Origin: Octopus vulgaris
Lineage: Eukaryota
Direction: 5' to 3'
Assembly: GCA_951406725.2 (NCBI GenBank)
Contig: OX597816.1
Coordinates: forward strand, 73,408,001 to 73,472,000
Length of the DNA stretch: 64,000 nucleotides
The notes under the pieces were generated by a model, which saw only the letters and a list, made by a program, of their open reading frames with translations, did no database searches and had not been told where the DNA came from. The position numbers and the translations under genes are program-made. Shown here in pieces: positions 58,582 through 64,000 of the stretch (the stretch's first letter is position 1; every line of letters starts with the position of its first letter).

Positions 58582-58987
58582 ACACGCGCAAAAGCTCCCG
58601 GGTCAACGAGGGAAACTGTATGTGAAAGCATGTTTCATTGCATAAGTATTGTCTGATTATTACGTATATCTTTATACTGCGTTTGTCTTCATGCGTTTTG
58701 TGTCCTTGACGCTTTCGTTGTTCTTTTCAAAATTTTGATCCCTGAACGGCGGTCGTAATTCAGCATATGGTGAACAGACTGGCTGAATCACATCGTTTTT
58801 ATAGACATGCAACTCTGCAGCATGACGTATGGACAGCAACAACAACCGTTGAAAGGTCGATGAGACGGTGACGTAAATGGGGTAGAGTTGCTGGTATAAC
58901 TGTCGTGAGATAGATGGTTTCGGGTTCACTCCTATTGCGTGGTACTTTAGATGTCTTCTATTATAGCCTCGGGCCGACAACCACCAT

Positions 58988-59036
<49 letters not shown>

Positions 59037-59149
59037 CCTACATATGTACATACATATATACATACATATATACATATATATATATATACATACATACATA
59101 CATACATACATACATAAATACATGCACACACACACACACACACGCACAC

Positions 59150-59340
59150 ATAAAAACAAAAGACGAGGACAGGTGGTGTAGACAACAAACAGATGTATTA
59201 GTTTAACGCTCGGGAAGTGAAAAAGTCTTTAATGTTTCGAGCCTACGCTCTTCCACATAAAGGAGCACAGAAAGAAACAGGGAGAGAAAATGAAGAATGT
59301 GTAGTGGCTAGCGATCTATCATGGCGAATGCCGGACAGAG
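59150..59340 (-). mobile_element. HHR repeat family H1 copy
   Basis: Minus strand CTTT-ATGTGGA-A-GAGC-GTAG-GCTC-GAAAC-ATT-AAAG; matches 42200-42395. Confidence 0.7.
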
Positions 59341-59440
59341 AGGTCTGGTAAGACAACAAAAGAATGAAAGAGACCTCGATATTATGTAAATAGAGGAATT
59401 TATCTGTAATATAATATGTGACAATTATTCGGTTGCCATA

Positions 59441-59499
59441 ATAAAACTCCGAGTTTCGGATGTCGGGGCGGAAATCTGATCTGGCATCTCTTCAGTTAT
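59441..59499 (-). ncRNA. Hammerhead ribozyme motif (family shared with 3167-3318)
   Basis: Minus strand ATAA-CTGAAGA-GATGCC...GACATCC-GAAAC-TCGGA-GTT^TTAT. Confidence 0.68.
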
Positions 59500-60144
59500 C
59501 GAGGCAATCAAAATCTCTTGGCTTGACCACCGCTCGCACAACACATTTATAGTATATATACAATCGAGAGCTGATTGTTATAGTCTGTACAATAAAGTTG
59601 CGATCAAGGTGTAATTAGTTTAGCCTTTACTGCGATATTTAGATCAGAAGATAGTGGTTATTATCATCTCTACATCGTTATTTGAGATCAAATGTTGATG
59701 GTTGTAGCTTCAGCTACATAAATATGTCCTTTACGACGATTGAAGAGAATATCATTTGTCAACTCAGACATATGACTCCAACAACTGAAAAGCTGTGCCT
59801 GTTGACCTTACAACATTTGAATTCATTGAGGGAACGCCTGTTGTGACAAAGCTCAAACCTATACTTGCATCTGCATACTCAGATATCAAATGAAGCCACC
59901 ACATTGCCACACTCCTCAGTGCAATCCTCAGCTGCATAAAGACATAGAATTTGATTAAATTATAACAGATGGACACATTAATATAATTTTACCTAAAATC
60001 TCCAAGAAGGTAAGGAGATAAAGAACATGCTGTCTTCACTTCAGCTTAGAAGCTACTAAGGTATCAGGAAGAATAACTTGTTACAGATTTTGCTTGTCAC
60101 TGTTTTATGGGGTCAGGTTTAATTTAATTAAATTCTATGTCTTT

Positions 60145-60232
60145 ATGCAGCTGAGGAATGCTCTGTATTTAAACTGATGTAATGATTGCATTGCTCAGTT
60201 AAATGTAGTTGCTTGAAACGACCGTACTGCAT
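60145..60232 (+). ncRNA. Hammerhead ribozyme with long stem II; partial inverted copy at 59921-60070
   Basis: ATGCAG-CTGAGGA-ATGC...GCTT-GAAAC-GACC-GTA^CTGCAT; 59921-59962 is the reverse complement of 60120-60161. Confidence 0.8.
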
Positions 60233-60292
60233 TATCTCTGGATATCCTTGTTGCTTATTTCGATTTTAATCACCTCATATATATATATACAT

Positions 60293-60373
<81 letters not shown>

Positions 60374-62270
60374 CATATATGTATATATATATATATTGCC
60401 CAAGTAAAAGACAAATCAAGAAAGATACCTATTGCTTGTATTCCTTGGTCATATCTAATGCACAGTTAGGGCTGACCTGAAGCTAAATAACAACGAGACT
60501 ATATTAGATGCATGTACTTCATAATCTTTCAGATAAGTTACTTATCACACGCGAGTTGTTCAAAAATAATGTTTTAGAGAAACGCTGAAACGATATTCTA
60601 GACGAATCTAACCAAATCCTTCTTAAATATAAATACTTTTTTGCTTCTTATTCACACTACAAAGAACAGGATGAGAGGTTTAATGGAAAATAAGTGGACA
60701 TTGATAAAACAATGAATAAATTATACGTTTATTTTCTTTCTGTTTTTTTTATCTTCCTCATTTTCTTTCTATGATGTATATGTGTTAAACTACACATTGT
60801 CCTGTGCAAAGAGGTCAGCGCTAAACTAAACGAAACTTCTAACGAGAATTTAAATATGGTGTTTAAGTTGCCACAATGTCTCATAAAAGTAGTGAAATGT
60901 TAGTGTGTAAAAAGAAAGGTCTGAAGACATTTAGCGGCTATCAAATTGTGTTTGTTAATAATAGTAAGAGTAGTCTTCACTTAATGTGTTGATTTTGTTG
61001 CCAGCGACCTTCTGTCTCTGCCTAATGTTGATGTTTTCTTTTCTTCTTTTTTTTTAGTTCAAAGTCGGTTCAGTGTTATTGGTTTTGTAGTTAATTTGAA
61101 TATGCGTAGTTTTTTTTTTCCTGCATCATTTTATGTGTGCGGATAGTTAATAAAAGGGTATTGACAAAATTTAACAGGCCAAATTTAGTGGGCCAAACTA
61201 TATACAATACAGAAACAAGTTAAACAATAAATACAGCCGACACAACTGTCGAACAAACCACAAGATACATTATACGATCTAAATGCATTGTCACGCCACC
61301 AGCAACAGCAAAAACAGCAAATATATTCATCAAAGCATTTATGGCTTACGTTACATTCAACTTTAAACTTATACTAGTGATATATATTGGGAAAACTTTT
61401 ATCAACACAAATAACAAACAAGCAAATAAACTTCAAATAATTAATATAATTTATGAATTCATTGCAAATATGTAAAATGAGCATTCGTCAATTAAGCAGT
61501 TACATTGGACATATAACTACTACTTTTTCTTGCCGATTGCCGATGCATCTACAAGAACAAGACAGTACACACTTTTTGTATCAAACACCACAAAATAAAA
61601 CTAATTGGAAAAATATTACTTGATAATCTAACTATCCTTCGGGTAATAGACGTAATCCGTTGCTCGTTTTAACATTACAAAGCAGCTTTCAAGTAATTTT
61701 ACTAGTCGACCTCGCGGAGATTTTTCAGACTAGGTCTCCAGTCAAAGATTTTTCCCGCTTTTCCTGCAACCTCGGATGCCCTTCAAAGATTCATGGGCAC
61801 TGATCTTCTTCATCTGATTAAGCTATCTATACACAAATCGCATATAATAAAAAAAATGTAGCCTCATAATTACGGCGGTGTTTTTGTATCAGTAATTTGT
61901 GATGTTCCGGTTTATAATGTTATGTATGACCCTATGTCGGCGATGAAGTCGATGGAGGTAATGGTGAAAAGGGCGAGACACATGGGTGGGGGGACGGTTT
62001 TATAATTAAAAACATTCAAAAGACGGGTTCAGGTTATAAAAAGGAAGGCAGACAGACAAACACATAGATAGATAGATATGTAGATAGATAGATATATAGA
62101 TAGAAATACAGATAGATAGTTAGATAGATAGATACATACATACTGTCGATTTATACATGCAAGATCATGTACCAGATTTATTAGAATCTGGATGAACTCA
62201 ATATATAGATATATGAAGACCCAACTACTTCATAAATAAATGTGCGAATGTAAGTATCTATGTCTGTACG

Positions 62271-62308
<38 letters not shown>

Positions 62309-62650
62309 TACATACACACATACACACACACACACACATGTGTGTATGATAGCTTCTAGTACGTGTATAAATATGCGGGTAACAAATAAACGGATGCATG
62401 CATGGCTGTGTATCATCTATATATACTTGTATTATATATATGTGTGTATATGTGGATGTGTGCCTATGTGTATGTATCTTTGGATTTGCTAGTGTGTGTG
62501 TGAGAGAGAGGGGGAGATAGAGCGGGAGAGAGAGAGAGAGAGATACGGCTTGTATGCAGAGCAGAACGTGATAAGCTTTTATCTTCACCATGCGACATTC
62601 TTTTACATCTGTCTATATATACATTTACACATACATACGTTATACATATG

Positions 62651-62722
<72 letters not shown>

Positions 62723-63130
62723 CATGCGTCTAGCTGCCTTCGTTATTTTATACATATACACACACAGATACATACGGGTGAGTGTATGCATATATAATAT
62801 ATAGCCGTCGCCACCGATTCTTAAACACTTGGTATTATTAAATTCATCTGATCCGCCACTTACTTCTAATCCACACCTGATCAAGCTAACTTAATAAACC
62901 AGACAAACAGATTGGTGTGTTTTCCTTAACGCTTTCTTCTAGTTTGATGTTTCGCCGCTAACTCCCAATATATACATTGTCATTGACTATATCAGTTTGT
63001 CGCCGCGCACTTTATTTTTATTCTATATATTCACTCGCATACCTACAACAGATGCTCAAAGACCAAAGCGCTTATAACACCACACATACGTGCATGCATG
63101 CATACACGCACACACGCTTATGTATGTATG

Positions 63131-63184
<54 letters not shown>

Positions 63185-63321
63185 CATATACATGTACATA
63201 GGAACCGATATCGTTGTATATATATAACATATATGTATATATATATAATATATATATATATATATACATACATATATATATGTATATACATATATATACA
63301 TATATACATATATATATATAC

Positions 63322-63354
<33 letters not shown>

Positions 63355-63373
63355 CATACATACATACATACGT

Positions 63374-63442
<69 letters not shown>

Positions 63443-63444
63443 TG

Positions 63445-63768
63445 CGCATGGCTCAGTGGTTAGAGCGTCGAGCTTACGATCGTGAGGTTGTGAGCTCCAA
63501 TCCCGGACCGGGCTGCGTGTTGTGTTCTCGAACAAGGCACTTTATTTCACATTGCTTCAGTTCACTCAGCTGTAGAAATGAGTTGCGACGTCACTGATGC
63601 CAAGCTGTATCGACCTTTGTCTTTCCCTTGGATAACACTGGTGGCTGGTGTGCATGGGCGACTGCTGGCCTTCCATAAACAACCTTGCCCGGACTTGTAT
63701 CTAGGAGGGTAACTTTCTAGGTGCAATCCCATGGTCATTCATGACCGAAGGGGGTCTTTACCCCTTTA
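63445..63768 (+). mobile_element. SINE family C
   Basis: Near-identical to 40811-41143 with a small internal deletion; in (TA)n. Confidence 0.9.
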
Positions 63769-63842
63769 TATATATATATGTATATGTATGTATATATATA
63801 TATGTATATGTATGTGTATGTATATATATATATACATATATG

Positions 63843-64000
<158 letters not shown>

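Overview
AT-rich, microsatellite-saturated animal DNA, most consistent with an Octopus (cephalopod) intergenic or intronic region; the organism call is inferred from repeat style and tRNA-derived SINE types. No intact host protein-coding gene is supportable, and nearly all supplied ORFs are translations of simple repeats. Recognisable content: four degraded mariner pieces (one full-length, ~1.25 kb with TIRs), an internally deleted Tc1, several MITEs (piggyBac-, hAT- and mariner-type), two Helitron-like elements, R4/Dong-like LINE fragments sitting in (TAA)n tracts, and at least four tRNA-derived SINE families. The main unexplained signal is about 15 minimal type I hammerhead-ribozyme (HHR) motifs from roughly 8 unrelated short repeat families, mostly embedded in (TA)n and often with fold-back inverted ends, as expected for Penelope-like or retrozyme elements. 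The copy at 464-957 can be reassembled into a circularly permuted ~365-nt HHR-bearing monomer. Coordinates were read by eye; repeat boundaries may be off by a few bases.
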